From Deltaproteobacteria bacterium HGW-Deltaproteobacteria-6 (GTDB taxonomy: Bacteria; Desulfobacterota; Syntrophia; Syntrophales; Smithellaceae), in assembly GCA_002840435.1 (NCBI GenBank), contig PHAT01000010.1, positions 26,393 to 90,392 of the forward strand: a stretch of DNA of 64,000 nt, given 5' to 3'. Every line of letters starts with the position of its first letter. The first letter of the stretch is position 1. Below, piece after piece: positions 28,829 through 38,812 of the stretch. Below the pieces are notes generated by a model that saw nothing but the letters and a program-made list of their open reading frames with translations, did no database searches and had not been told where the DNA came from. Position numbers and translations under genes: made by a program.

Positions 28829-28992
28829 AATGGACGGTGAAAATAACCGGCGAATATGTTTAAATCACCAAATTGGATAATAATGTTTTAACACAGAGAA
28901 AATTGACAGGAGAGATGATTAAGCGTAATATGCTGTTATGAAAAATAATATGTATCGTTTCGTGATAATAGATTAATAGAGACGTTACATAA

Positions 28993-29008
28993 TGGCATGT
29001 GTCTTGCG
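28993..29008 (+). promoter_or_regulatory. sigma54-type (-24/-12) promoter candidate for the minor-pilin operon
   Basis: TGGCAT-gtgtc-TTGCg has the GG and GC dinucleotides spaced exactly GG-N10-GC. It lies about 42 nt upstream of the first pilin-like gene, and an AT-rich region upstream could bend or bind IHF. Confidence 0.55.
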
Positions 29009-29049
29009 GGACCTACAACCTTGAAAGTTAATTGGTCTAGGGGTTAATT

Positions 29050-29532
29050 TTGCAATTAAATACTAAAAAAGGCTTCAGCTTAGTTGAATTGATGGTTGTG
29101 ATAGGCATCGTCGGGGTGCTGTTGTCAGTAGCCGTTTTTAACTTGCAACGTTACACCAATAACACCAACCTTAAAAATATGGCAAGAGATATCGCATCCG
29201 ATTATCAGAAATGTAAAGCGAAGGCAGTTTCAGAGAGCAGGATTTACTATATGGTCTTTTCCGCCGGAACCAGCAGCAGATATTGGATTTATTCACTGGC
29301 AACGGCTTCACATCCCCTCGTGTTGACGCAAAAGTTATCGAGCGACTACGGCAGCAGCATTCAGATACAGTCAGCCAGTTTTACCGGAGGGCCATGGGTA
29401 AACTGGATCCAGTTTGAAACCCGTGGAACGAGTTCCACGGGGACAGTCGTATTGACCAACTCAATCGCATCAAAGGCAACCATTAAGTCCAATGTTACAG
29501 GTAAAGCCTATGTTACGTTTGATATGAAATAA
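29050..29532 (+). CDS. type IV minor pilin / pseudopilin, GspH/FimT-FimU-like
   Basis: It has a class III signal (MQLNTKKG|FSLVELMVVIGIVGVLL) with Glu at +5. The product is 160 aa, with a TTG start preceded by AGGGG. Confidence 0.75.
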   Translation: MQLNTKKGFSLVELMVVIGIVGVLLSVAVFNLQRYTNNTNLKNMARDIASDYQKCKAKAVSESRIYYMVFSAGTSSRYWIYSLATASHPLVLTQKLSSDYGSSIQIQSASFTGGPWVNWIQFETRGTSSTGTVVLTNSIASKATIKSNVTGKAYVTFDMK

Positions 29533-29576
29533 TCGAGAATTAGAAGAGACGATTTTAAATACTGCGGGAAATACTT

Positions 29577-30032
29577 ATGGTACGGTTGGTACAAAATAAA
29601 AAAGGTCTGGGGATGCTGGAAGTGGTCATGGCCATGTTTCTGACGGTTGTAGCCGTACTGGCCGTATTCTCACTGGTTTCTCCGGCCTGGAAGAATGCTG
29701 CGAAATCAGACTTTATGGGCAGAGCATCGGGAATATTGTATGAACAGCTGGTGAGGCAGGAAGCGAGGCTCATGAATCCCTGCTGCAGCGTTACGACAGG
29801 CACTTTAACACCGGTCGTGGTTAACGCCAGCGGCCAAGGGGTTGCTCAGTCCGGCGACGCTCAGTTTACTGTCACCGGCTCGATCACCAGCCTGGCAACG
29901 AATGTATGGAGAGTTACCTTGCGCGTAGCCTGGACAGGCCATACAGGGATTTCGGAAAGCCTGGTCGTCACGAGGCAGGATGGCTTCACTTTCCCTGCCG
30001 GATGCGCCACGGGGGGGAGTGCCTGCCAATGA
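29577..30032 (+). CDS. type IV minor pilin, PilV-like
   Basis: It has a prepilin-type leader (NKKG|LGMLEVVMAMFLTVV) with Glu at +5. The 151-aa product is second in the fimT-pilVWXY1-like order. Confidence 0.65.
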   Translation: MVRLVQNKKGLGMLEVVMAMFLTVVAVLAVFSLVSPAWKNAAKSDFMGRASGILYEQLVRQEARLMNPCCSVTTGTLTPVVVNASGQGVAQSGDAQFTVTGSITSLATNVWRVTLRVAWTGHTGISESLVVTRQDGFTFPAGCATGGSACQ

Positions 30033-30736
30033 AAAACGACAAAGGATTCACGCTGGTGGAGTTAATGATTGCCATGGCCGTAAGCATGTTTATTCTCGCG
30101 GCCGTCTACGTAGCGGTCAATTCCACGCAGCGTCATTCCACCAACATCGAACGGAAAGTGACGGCCCAGCAGGACGTGAAACCTGCTTTGGACATCATGG
30201 CTCTGGAGATTGGAATGGCCTCCTATAATCCGACAATCGCCACTGGTCTCTGGGTTGTTCCCTCCGGCACCTGTTTGGGCACCGCGGCTAATCAGACCTA
30301 TCGCGGTATTCAGGAGGCAACAGCCAACTCCCTTGTTGTTGAAATGGATATCAGTGATGGCAGCGGCGGTGATGGTGACGGCATGCTGGGTGATGCCAAT
30401 GAAGTTATCCGTTATGCCTACGATACGGGCAATCAATATATCACCAGGGAGACGAGTTGCGGAGGCGGACAGCCCTTCCTGGGCGACACGGTTGCCGGCC
30501 GGAAAACCATCCGGGTTATTAACGGCACTCTGGGCATTCCCGTTTTCCGGTATTTTAACGGCGCGGGGGCGGAAATTGCAGTAAGCGGCACCAACCTCGG
30601 CGGGCTTATCCCGAACATCCGCCGGATCGAGATTGTGCTGGCGGTAGAAACAGAAGGCGTTGATGTCACTACCGGTCAGAGCAAAAGACTCATCTATTCC
30701 ACAAGCGTCATACCGAGGAATCATGCAATACAGTAA
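30029..30736 (+). CDS. type IV minor pilin, PilW-like
   Basis: The leader is MKNDKG|FTLVELMIAMAVSMFIL. Its ATG overlaps the pilV-like stop (ATGA). The upstream extension in the ORF track was rejected. Confidence 0.7.
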   Translation: MKNDKGFTLVELMIAMAVSMFILAAVYVAVNSTQRHSTNIERKVTAQQDVKPALDIMALEIGMASYNPTIATGLWVVPSGTCLGTAANQTYRGIQEATANSLVVEMDISDGSGGDGDGMLGDANEVIRYAYDTGNQYITRETSCGGGQPFLGDTVAGRKTIRVINGTLGIPVFRYFNGAGAEIAVSGTNLGGLIPNIRRIEIVLAVETEGVDVTTGQSKRLIYSTSVIPRNHAIQ

Positions 30737-31202
30737 ACGAGTGCTATCATCGGAAAAGGGGTTTATCCTGGTCACGGCGGTTTTAGCCTGCATGATCCTT
30801 TTGGCCATTACCATAATGATTATCAATATTACAACCAGCGATCTGCAGGTCAGTATCCAGAACGTGGGCCAGAAGAAGGCCTTAACCGCCGCGGAGACGG
30901 GAATTCACCGGATGATGCAGAGTTTCGATCCCCAGAATATGGCGGCATCGGCCGTCACCGGGGTTCAGGTGGATTCAGCCAATGATCCCAATTCCGTCTA
31001 TACCATCTCTACGCCCACCATGCCTACGGGCGGCCCGGAATTTCTGCCCCTGACCGGCTACGCTATCGGCGGCGGCCAGCAATGGGGACAGCGACGCTAT
31101 AATGTCGATGTCACGGGCATTAACACGCAATATAGCACAAGAGTCACCATAGGAGTGGGCATCGGTTACGGTCCCATAGAAATTTCAACGATGATGCGTT
31201 AA
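30723..31202 (+). CDS. PilX-like minor pilin (PilX N-terminal type, no Glu+5)
   Basis: The N-terminus SSEKGFILVTAVLACMILLAITIMIIN resembles the PilX N-terminal domain. The gene overlaps the 3' end of the pilW-like gene and precedes the pilY1-like gene. Confidence 0.6.
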   Translation: MQYSKRVLSSEKGFILVTAVLACMILLAITIMIINITTSDLQVSIQNVGQKKALTAAETGIHRMMQSFDPQNMAASAVTGVQVDSANDPNSVYTISTPTMPTGGPEFLPLTGYAIGGGQQWGQRRYNVDVTGINTQYSTRVTIGVGIGYGPIEISTMMR

Positions 31203-31211
31203 GGAGGTTCT

Positions 31212-34200
31212 ATGAAACCGCGAAGATTCATTTCCCTGATATCGGGAATTGCCCTTTTAATGCTTTTCGCCGGTACCGGGAATGCCACGGCGCCCGTATC
31301 GGGAGAAGAGGCCCTTTTTGTTTCGTCCACGCAGCCGGACGCTCTGATTGTATTGGATCTCTCGGGAAGCATGGCATATAATCCGGCGGGTGGATCGGAT
31401 ATATGGGGAAATTCATCGTGTTCCGGGCCTTTTCACTCCAGTTCCGGTGTTGGACATAATGTTGATTGCAGTCGCCTAGCTATCGCCAAACGGGCCATCT
31501 TCAAAATTCTCGATGACACGGGCAACGGCACAATTGACAGCCAGGACGAGGGCAGTTTGGGTATCCGCATGGGTTATATGCGGTTATATGACTGCTGCCG
31601 AAGCTCCGTTTGCGGTGCTACAGACGCTAATTCTGAGGAACACCGGGGGGTTTACAGCTATACTACCGGTTGCAATCAAATCCCCGGCAGCAGCAATAGC
31701 AGAAGGTATATTGGTTCCAAATACAGCCAGATTTATTGCAACAGCAATACGAGTTGCACTGTTTCCAGTACTGGTTCCTATTCAGTGGGCGGGGCCGCGG
31801 CCAGCGGCGGCACACCGGCTGCTGTTGCTTTGCATGAGGCCAAGACCTATCTTGATGTCCATAAGGCGGCCGACGCCGCCGCCGCCTGCCGGAAAAAATT
31901 TGTGATTTTTATTACTGACGGCGCCGACACTTACGTATGCGGCGGCAACGGACAGGAATGCCAGGAAAACCAATATAAGAGGCGTCGGGAAGTCGTTGCC
32001 CGGACTAAGGCGCTAGCCGATGCGGGCTACAAGGTATTTGTCATCGGTTTCGGCGCTGCCATGCCTGACTATCAGGAAAGAACGCTCAACTGGATGGCGT
32101 ATTATGGCGGGACGGACAATCCGAACCAAGCCAATACGGGGAGCGTGACCGGCTTTACACCGGATACGGCTGGAGCCTGCACGGTGGCAACCGATGTTGC
32201 GGATGCCACCTGCGAGGGAAGTAATCAGCCCAATTTCAAAGCCAATACCAACGATCCGGGCTATGCAGCTCTATCCGGCTATGCTTTTTTAGCCGCAGAC
32301 GCCGATCAAGTGTCCACGTCTCTGCAGGCTGCCATCAACATCATCAGGGAAGCCACTTATTCCTTCTCACAGGCCTCGATCCAGTCCTCCCGGACGGCAG
32401 ATGAGAACTTCGTCTATGAAGGATCCTTCCAGCCCATTAACGGCGACCCCTTCTGGTTCGGGCATCTGCGGAAATATGCAATTACCACGGAGGATGTCAA
32501 AAATGCCGCAGGCGTTGTTATCTCACCTGCCGGTTCCGTCGGCGCCATGCTTCTGGATGCGGGAACGGTCCTCCAGTCAACGTCCTATACCAGCAGAAAT
32601 ATTTACACCTGTGTGGGCTGTACCACAACATCGCCGACCACTCTTGCCTCTTACAGCTACACACTGACCGGCTTTTCAACCAGTATTGTCCCGACCTATT
32701 TTGGCCTTACCGACGACACATTCACTTCGCAACGGGATGCCATTGTCGGTTACATTCAGGGAAATGCGACATACAATCCGGACAACTGGAAGCTGGGCGA
32801 TGTTTTCCGATCCACACCCATCACAGTGGGAACGCCGTCGGCTTTTTTTGATGACTTTCGGGATACCAGTTCCAGTTCCGTCACCTGTTGTCCCGACAAC
32901 AGCACCAAAACGGTTAACGCCTTCGGCGCCCATCGCTGCACCCATTGCCGGACTTCGGCTATCGGCAACCGCCTCATCGTCTCGGGGGCAAACGACGGAC
33001 AGTTTCACGCTTTCAAAACCAGTGACATGACGGAAGCCTGGAGCTTTGTTCCCCCTAATCTCCTGTCAAAATTAAAAAATATCACGCATGCGGCGGAGCC
33101 CACTGCTTTGCTCCACCAGTACTTCGTTGATGGTCCCGTTTCCGGCGCCGATGTCTGGCTGGGCAGTGGTACCGGCACGTCCAAATCTGCTGCGGACTGG
33201 AAGACCCTTCTAGTTTTCGGCGAAGGCAGAGGCAGCACGGACCGCCTCTGGAGCTCCGCTGCAGACTGCGCTTCCGGTTTATCCCCGACCTACAGCGCTA
33301 CCTATCCCAATTACTGCGGCTATTATGCCCTTGACCTGAACGATTCGCTGAACCCGAGGTATATGTGGCGTTTGAATGGCTTCGACGCGACGACTCAGGC
33401 GCCCTATATGGGGGAATCCTGGAGCAAGATGTTCATGGGACGCATCCTGACGAAGTCCGGCTCGACCGTGACGGAAAAATGGGTCGGCTTTCTGGGCGCC
33501 GGCTACAATGCAAACGCTTGTCCTTCAAACGGCACCTGTGACGACAAAAGGGGGAAGGGGTTTTATGTCGTGGATTTGAGCAATGGTCAGATCCTGTGGA
33601 GTTTTACCCATACAAGCGACACTGCTTCTAATACCCGGAGCCCGTCAATGAGATACAGCTTTCCGGCGCCGCCTTCCATTGTGGATTCGGATAATGACGG
33701 GTTTATCGATACGGCCTATATCGGCGATCTGGGCGGCAATATGTGGCGCTTTAAATTCTGTACGAGGGCGATGCTTGATGCCGGAAGCTGCGGCACTTCC
33801 GATTGGCAAGGGACGATCTTTGTCGATTCCTCCAGCGGCAGCATCCGGCCGATCCATACCGGCGCCGCCGTTGCGCGTGATGCACTGGGAAACATGTGGG
33901 TTTTCTATGGCACGGGAGATAAAGTTGATCCCACGGCTTCCAACGCCCAGGAGTATTTTTATGCCGTTAAGGATATCGATCGGACATCGACTATCAACGG
34001 CGTTTCCAGCATCGATCAAATCGTCACTGCCAGCCAGGTGTACGACGCAACTAACAAGCCTACAGGGTACCGCATCAGTTTGCCCGGGAGCGGCCAGAAG
34101 ATTCTCGCGGAACCGACCGTATTCGGCGGCGTTGCCTATTTTACGAGCTTTACACCCGGCCAGACAAATGATCCCTGCAATCAGGCAGGCGTCGCATCTC

Positions 34201-34460
34201 TCAACGCGGTCAATTTCACGACAGGCGCAGGAGTCTTTAACACGACGAATCCCCGTCAGATGGATATCGGTACCGGAATCGCCTCGGCGCCCATTCTCTC
34301 TCTGAAACCGACCGGCGTAAGCGGATCGGCCGCAGACCTCTATGTCACGGTCAGCGGCGGGGGGGCCAGTTCGTCCAGCACCCAGAAAATAAATTTCGAT
34401 CCGCCGGGGGTCTCCAACCGCACGAACATGATTTACTGGAAGGACAGGCGTATCGAGTAA
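31212..34460 (+). CDS. PilY1/PilC-like pilus tip adhesin with an N-terminal vWA domain
   Basis: It has a signal peptide, a vWA MIDAS-like VLDLSGSM plus FITDGADT, and a C-terminal beta-propeller region. That region carries the PilY1-type Ca-binding loop DSDNDGFIDTAYIGDLGGNMWRF. The product is 1082 aa. Confidence 0.85.
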   Translation: MKPRRFISLISGIALLMLFAGTGNATAPVSGEEALFVSSTQPDALIVLDLSGSMAYNPAGGSDIWGNSSCSGPFHSSSGVGHNVDCSRLAIAKRAIFKILDDTGNGTIDSQDEGSLGIRMGYMRLYDCCRSSVCGATDANSEEHRGVYSYTTGCNQIPGSSNSRRYIGSKYSQIYCNSNTSCTVSSTGSYSVGGAAASGGTPAAVALHEAKTYLDVHKAADAAAACRKKFVIFITDGADTYVCGGNGQECQENQYKRRREVVARTKALADAGYKVFVIGFGAAMPDYQERTLNWMAYYGGTDNPNQANTGSVTGFTPDTAGACTVATDVADATCEGSNQPNFKANTNDPGYAALSGYAFLAADADQVSTSLQAAINIIREATYSFSQASIQSSRTADENFVYEGSFQPINGDPFWFGHLRKYAITTEDVKNAAGVVISPAGSVGAMLLDAGTVLQSTSYTSRNIYTCVGCTTTSPTTLASYSYTLTGFSTSIVPTYFGLTDDTFTSQRDAIVGYIQGNATYNPDNWKLGDVFRSTPITVGTPSAFFDDFRDTSSSSVTCCPDNSTKTVNAFGAHRCTHCRTSAIGNRLIVSGANDGQFHAFKTSDMTEAWSFVPPNLLSKLKNITHAAEPTALLHQYFVDGPVSGADVWLGSGTGTSKSAADWKTLLVFGEGRGSTDRLWSSAADCASGLSPTYSATYPNYCGYYALDLNDSLNPRYMWRLNGFDATTQAPYMGESWSKMFMGRILTKSGSTVTEKWVGFLGAGYNANACPSNGTCDDKRGKGFYVVDLSNGQILWSFTHTSDTASNTRSPSMRYSFPAPPSIVDSDNDGFIDTAYIGDLGGNMWRFKFCTRAMLDAGSCGTSDWQGTIFVDSSSGSIRPIHTGAAVARDALGNMWVFYGTGDKVDPTASNAQEYFYAVKDIDRTSTINGVSSIDQIVTASQVYDATNKPTGYRISLPGSGQKILAEPTVFGGVAYFTSFTPGQTNDPCNQAGVASLNAVNFTTGAGVFNTTNPRQMDIGTGIASAPILSLKPTGVSGSAADLYVTVSGGGASSSSTQKINFDPPGVSNRTNMIYWKDRRIE

Positions 34461-34547
34461 GCCGTTGTTCAATAATAACTGTAACATTTTGATATCATAA
34501 CCGGCATAAGGGGCCGTAACGAAATGGATAGAAATATAACAGTCTTG

Positions 34548-34572
34548 CCACCCGCATGGGTGGTTATTTCTT
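34548..34572 (+). terminator. short hairpin terminator candidate downstream of the pilY1-like gene
   Basis: The sequence is ccaccc-gcat-gggtgg followed by ttatttctt. It is nested inside a second 7-bp pairing (aggggcc 34509-34515 with ggcccct 34576-34582). Confidence 0.45.
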
Positions 34573-34642
34573 AAAGGCCCCTAAGCAAACAGATGTGTTA
34601 AAAAAATTACCGACATAAGAACAGTAGATGGATACTGTTTGC

Positions 34643-34685
34643 AATGACAAGCGGCTAATGATAAAAGCCGCTTGTCATTTTTTTT
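34643..34685 (+). terminator. rho-independent terminator upstream of argS
   Basis: It has a perfect 13-bp stem (aatgacaagcggc with gccgcttgtcatt) followed by a T-run of more than 7 nt. Confidence 0.75.
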
Positions 34686-34709
34686 GTAAGAAAGGTTATT
34701 ACACTGTCC

Positions 34710-36374
34710 ATGAAGAACAAACTTGCTCTCCTGATCGCCAATTCTGTAGCAGCCTGCACGCAAAAGGGTCTGCTGCCGGACGTGAATCTGCCGCAAATTG
34801 AAATCGAAGTGCCGGCCAATCCGGAGCATGGCGACTATGCCTCCAATGTAGCCATGATTCTGGCGTCCCAGGCCAAACAAAATCCCCGGAAGATTGCGCA
34901 GGCTATCCAGGAAAACCTGACCGATCCGGAAGGAATCATCGAAAAAGCACAAATTGCCGGTCCCGGCTTTTTGAATTTTATGATTAAAGACGATTTGTGG
35001 CGGAAAATTCTGCAAAATATTCTGGATCAGAAGGAAAGGTACGGCTGCCTGAATATCGGACGGGGAAAGAGAGTTCAGGTGGAGTTTGTCAGCGCCAATC
35101 CCACGGGCCCCTTGCACATCGGCCATGCCCGCGGTGCCGTGGTCGGTGATGTCCTGACTAATCTTCTTCAAACCTCCGGTTACTGTGTCACCAAAGAATA
35201 TTATATCAATGATGCCGGCAATCAGATGAACAATCTGGGAAAATCGGTGCTGTACCGATATCGGGAGCTTTTAGGAGAAAAAATCGAGTTTCCCGAAAAT
35301 TGCTATCGAGGCGATTATATTAAAGATGTTTCGGCGGATATCATCAAAAAAGAAGGAAATCGCTATCTGACCCGACCCGAAGAAGAGACGGTTCCGTATT
35401 TCAACGGTATTGCCGGCGGCGTTATCCTGGAAGAAATCAAACAGGATTTGAAGGATTTCGGCGTGACCTTCGATTTTTATTTCAGTGAAAAGGAATTATA
35501 CAAAGATAACGGCGTGAGTAATCTTTTGTCCTCTTTACAGCAACAGGGTGTTATTTATTCGGACGGCGAAACATTATGGTTTAAAACAACCGCCTACGGC
35601 GATGAAAAAGACCGCGTCGTTATCCGCAAAAACGGTGATCCGACTTATTTTGCCGCTGATATCGCCTATCATCAAAATAAATTTGCCCGCGGCTTTGATA
35701 TCCTGATTGATATCTGGGGCGCGGATCATCACGGGTACATGCCCCGCCTCTGGGCCGCCATTCAGGCGCTGGGGTATGAGAAAAACGATCTGAAGATCAT
35801 TCTGGTGCAGCTGGTGAATCTGCTGCGGGCGGGCGAGCCGGTGGCAATGTCCACAAGGTCCGGTGAATTTGTAACGCTGCGTGAAGTACTCGACGAGGTG
35901 GGAAAAGACGCAGCCCGCTATAATTTTCTGATGCGCCGGTCGGACAGCCATCTGGATTTCGACCTGGAAGTCGCGAAAAAGCAATCCAATGAAAATCCGG
36001 TCTTCTATGTCCAGTATGCGCATGCCCGAATCTGCAGTATTATCCGGATGGCCGTTGAGCGGGGTATGGCATTACCCGCTTATGAAAATATTAATCCATC
36101 GCTTCTGATCGAACCGGAAGAAAGATCTTTGATTAAAATGATGGCGTGCTATCCTGAAATGCTGGAAGGCGCGGCAAAGTCGCTGGAGGTTCACCGCGTT
36201 ACTTTCTATCTGAATGAACTGGCCGGTGTTTTTCACAGCTACTACAATAAGAATAAAGTTGTGACGGAAGATGCGGCGCTTTCAGCCGCGCGGCTGGTTC
36301 TGGTCGATGCGGTGCGTATTGTGCTGGCGAACGCACTGAAAATATTAGGTGTCAATGCGCCGGAGAAGATGTGA
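34710..36374 (+). CDS. argS: arginine--tRNA ligase
   Basis: It has the class I motifs ([15 protein letters not shown] as HIGH; MSTRSG as the KMSKS equivalent) and the C-terminal anticodon-binding region. The product is 554 aa. Confidence 0.95.
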   Translation: MKNKLALLIANSVAACTQKGLLPDVNLPQIEIEVPANPEHGDYASNVAMILASQAKQNPRKIAQAIQENLTDPEGIIEKAQIAGPGFLNFMIKDDLWRKILQNILDQKERYGCLNIGRGKRVQVEFVSANPTGPLHIGHARGAVVGDVLTNLLQTSGYCVTKEYYINDAGNQMNNLGKSVLYRYRELLGEKIEFPENCYRGDYIKDVSADIIKKEGNRYLTRPEEETVPYFNGIAGGVILEEIKQDLKDFGVTFDFYFSEKELYKDNGVSNLLSSLQQQGVIYSDGETLWFKTTAYGDEKDRVVIRKNGDPTYFAADIAYHQNKFARGFDILIDIWGADHHGYMPRLWAAIQALGYEKNDLKIILVQLVNLLRAGEPVAMSTRSGEFVTLREVLDEVGKDAARYNFLMRRSDSHLDFDLEVAKKQSNENPVFYVQYAHARICSIIRMAVERGMALPAYENINPSLLIEPEERSLIKMMACYPEMLEGAAKSLEVHRVTFYLNELAGVFHSYYNKNKVVTEDAALSAARLVLVDAVRIVLANALKILGVNAPEKM

Positions 36375-36384
36375 GAGGCAGGAA

Positions 36385-37146
36385 ATGGGTACCGGTAATA
36401 TTAAAAAATTTGAATTGAAACTTGGAAAGACGGGTTTGATTATTGTTATCGGCGGGATGACCGCTCTGTTGTGCCTTTCATTTGTCCTGGGCGTCGGGGT
36501 CGGTAAAAACATCGATACCTATCCCGAAAAGATTTCTTCCATGCCGCAACAGGTTCTGGCTTTGTTCTGGCGGCCGGCCAAAGTTTCCAGCGGACAAAAA
36601 GTTGTGGAGAGCAAGGACGCTCAGCCTGATAAAAGCAGCATGGATCTGACATTTCATAATGCCCTGACCAGTCCGAAGACGCCGTCGATGCCGCCTGCAG
36701 GCAAGCAGGCTGTCGTAGCGGATCAAAAAGTAACGCCGCAAACAATACCGGTGCCATTACCCAAAAATAAAAAAGCGGTTTCATCAGAAGAAGATGTTAT
36801 AGGACAAAAAATTCTGGACAGAGAAAAATCGCTGGAAGAAAACAAATCAAGGAATAAAGAGGTTTCAGCTGTTGCGCCTCCGGTACGGGCTTTATTTTTC
36901 ATCCAGGTGGCGTCTCTCAAGGATAAGGTCAAAGCCAATCAGATTCATAAAACAGTTGCCGCGATGGGTTATCCATCAAAAGTTTTGAAAATGGACATTA
37001 AAGAGAAGGGAATATGGTATCGCGTGCTTGCCACGGGCTTTGAAACGAAGACACAGGCGCAGACCGCCGCAGACAGGATTTCTAAAAAAGTTAAGGTAAA
37101 GTGTATTGTTCGGACTGTCGGTTCGAATACGGATAAGAATGAATAA
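36385..37146 (+). CDS. SPOR-domain (septal peptidoglycan-binding) membrane protein
   Basis: It has an N-terminal TM helix, a low-complexity linker, and a C-terminal SPOR fold pattern (FFIQVASLKDKVKANQ...GIWYRVLATGFETKTQAQ). Its ATG at 36385 follows the argS stop. Confidence 0.8.
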   Translation: MGTGNIKKFELKLGKTGLIIVIGGMTALLCLSFVLGVGVGKNIDTYPEKISSMPQQVLALFWRPAKVSSGQKVVESKDAQPDKSSMDLTFHNALTSPKTPSMPPAGKQAVVADQKVTPQTIPVPLPKNKKAVSSEEDVIGQKILDREKSLEENKSRNKEVSAVAPPVRALFFIQVASLKDKVKANQIHKTVAAMGYPSKVLKMDIKEKGIWYRVLATGFETKTQAQTAADRISKKVKVKCIVRTVGSNTDKNE

Positions 37147-37158
37147 AAGGTTTGGACT

Positions 37159-38487
37159 ATGTTTGAAAGTTTAGCGGAAAAACTCGAAGGTATTTTTAAG
37201 AAACTCAAGGGTCGTGGCGTCCTCAATGAGGAAAATGTCAATGCCGCGCTCAAGGAAATCCGGATGGCGCTTCTGGAAGCCGATGTAAACTTCAAGGTCG
37301 TCAAGGATTTTATAGAAGATGTGCGGTTGCGCGCCGTCGGCAGGGACGTGCTCGAGAGCATTACACCGGGACAGCAGGTGGTCAAGATCGTCCATGACCG
37401 TCTGGTCGAACTGATGGGGAGCACAAGCGCCAATATCAAATTCGGATCACGGATTCCCGCTCCGATCATGCTGGTCGGTTTGCAGGGGTGCGGAAAAACG
37501 ACAACGGCCGCTAAACTGGCGCGGCTTCTGTCCAGAGAAAAAAAGGTCTATCTGGTATCCGCTGACGTCTATCGTCCGGCGGCGATAGAGCAGCTGGCTG
37601 TTTTGGGACGGCAGATTAAAGCGGGAGTATTCGATGCAGGTGATCTCCGCGATCCTGTCAAGATATGTGTTGAAGCGGTTGAACAGGCCAAAAAAGAAGG
37701 TTACGAGGTGGTTATCATTGATACCGCCGGGCGATTGCATATTGATGATCTGTTGATGGAAGAGCTCATGCGGATTAAGAACGAGGTCAATCCGGCGGAA
37801 ATTCTTTATGTGGCGGACGCCATGACCGGCCAGGATGCGGTTAATGTCGGCTTAAAATTTAATGAGCTGATCGGGATTGACGGCGTGATCATGACCAAAA
37901 TGGACGGCGACGCACGCGGCGGAGCAGCCCTTTCATTGAAAGCTGTTGTCGGCAAACCCCTGAAATTTGTCGGGATCGGTGAAAAAATTGACGCGCTGGA
38001 GGTGTTTCATCCGGAGAGGATGGCTTCCCGGATTCTGGGCATGGGGGACATTCTGTCACTGGTGGAAAAAGCCCAGGCCACCATTGATGAGAAATCCGCC
38101 CGGGAGATGGAACAAAGCCTGCGCAAAGGTGATTTTACGCTGGAGGATTTTCGCAATCAGCTCCGGCAAATCAAAAAAATGGGTTCAGTAAAGGATATGG
38201 TGGGGATGATTCCGGGCATGAGCAAAATCAAAGCGCTCAAGGGCGTTGAACCGGATGAAAGGGAACTGGTTAAAACGATGGCGATTATCGATTCCATGAC
38301 CAAAAAAGAACGTAGCAACTATCTGATCATTGATGGGCGCAGGCGCAAAAGAATCGCTTTGGGCAGCGGCACCATGGTTCAGGACGTCAATCGGCTCTTG
38401 AAAAATTACATAGAGATTCGTAAAATGATGAAAAAAATAAATCAAAAAGGCGGGATAAAATCTTTGATGAGGAATTTTCCCTTTTAA
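37159..38487 (+). CDS. ffh: signal recognition particle protein
   Basis: It has an N domain, the G-domain motifs (GLQGCGKTTT, DTAGRL, TKMDGD), and a Met-rich M domain. Confidence 0.95.
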   Translation: MFESLAEKLEGIFKKLKGRGVLNEENVNAALKEIRMALLEADVNFKVVKDFIEDVRLRAVGRDVLESITPGQQVVKIVHDRLVELMGSTSANIKFGSRIPAPIMLVGLQGCGKTTTAAKLARLLSREKKVYLVSADVYRPAAIEQLAVLGRQIKAGVFDAGDLRDPVKICVEAVEQAKKEGYEVVIIDTAGRLHIDDLLMEELMRIKNEVNPAEILYVADAMTGQDAVNVGLKFNELIGIDGVIMTKMDGDARGGAALSLKAVVGKPLKFVGIGEKIDALEVFHPERMASRILGMGDILSLVEKAQATIDEKSAREMEQSLRKGDFTLEDFRNQLRQIKKMGSVKDMVGMIPGMSKIKALKGVEPDERELVKTMAIIDSMTKKERSNYLIIDGRRRKRIALGSGTMVQDVNRLLKNYIEIRKMMKKINQKGGIKSLMRNFPF

Positions 38488-38557
38488 AATCAAATAAACT
38501 ATGATAGAAAAAAACCATATCACTATTTTTTATGAAGGAGGTTTTAAGTAAAACTAA

Positions 38558-38812
38558 ATGGCAGTTAAAATAAGACTAACTCGTATGGGCGCTAAAGGCA
38601 AACCATTTTACCGTATTGTAGCAGCGGATAAGGAATATCCCCGCGATGGAAGATTTTTAGAAATATTAGGGAATTATGATCCCAAAAAAAATCCCGCAGA
38701 AATAACTTTAAAAGAAGATCGCGTTCGCGATTGGTTGTCCAAGGGAGCTAAACCGACGCTGACCGTTTCTCATTTATTGAAAACTAAAGGCATTGAAGCC
38801 AGCGTTAAATAG
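38558..38812 (+). CDS. rpsP: 30S ribosomal protein S16
   Basis: The translation [24 protein letters not shown]... is canonical S16. Confidence 0.95.
   Translation: MAVKIRLTRMGAKGKPFYRIVAADKEYPRDGRFLEILGNYDPKKNPAEITLKEDRVRDWLSKGAKPTLTVSHLLKTKGIEASVK

Noticed and set aside
34500-34590. Possible small structured RNA downstream of the pilY1-like gene, formed by a nested hairpin inside a 7-bp outer pairing.
   Set aside because: The helices are short with no recognisable family motif. They are adequately explained as terminator or 3'-UTR structure preceding the stronger terminator at 34643-34685.
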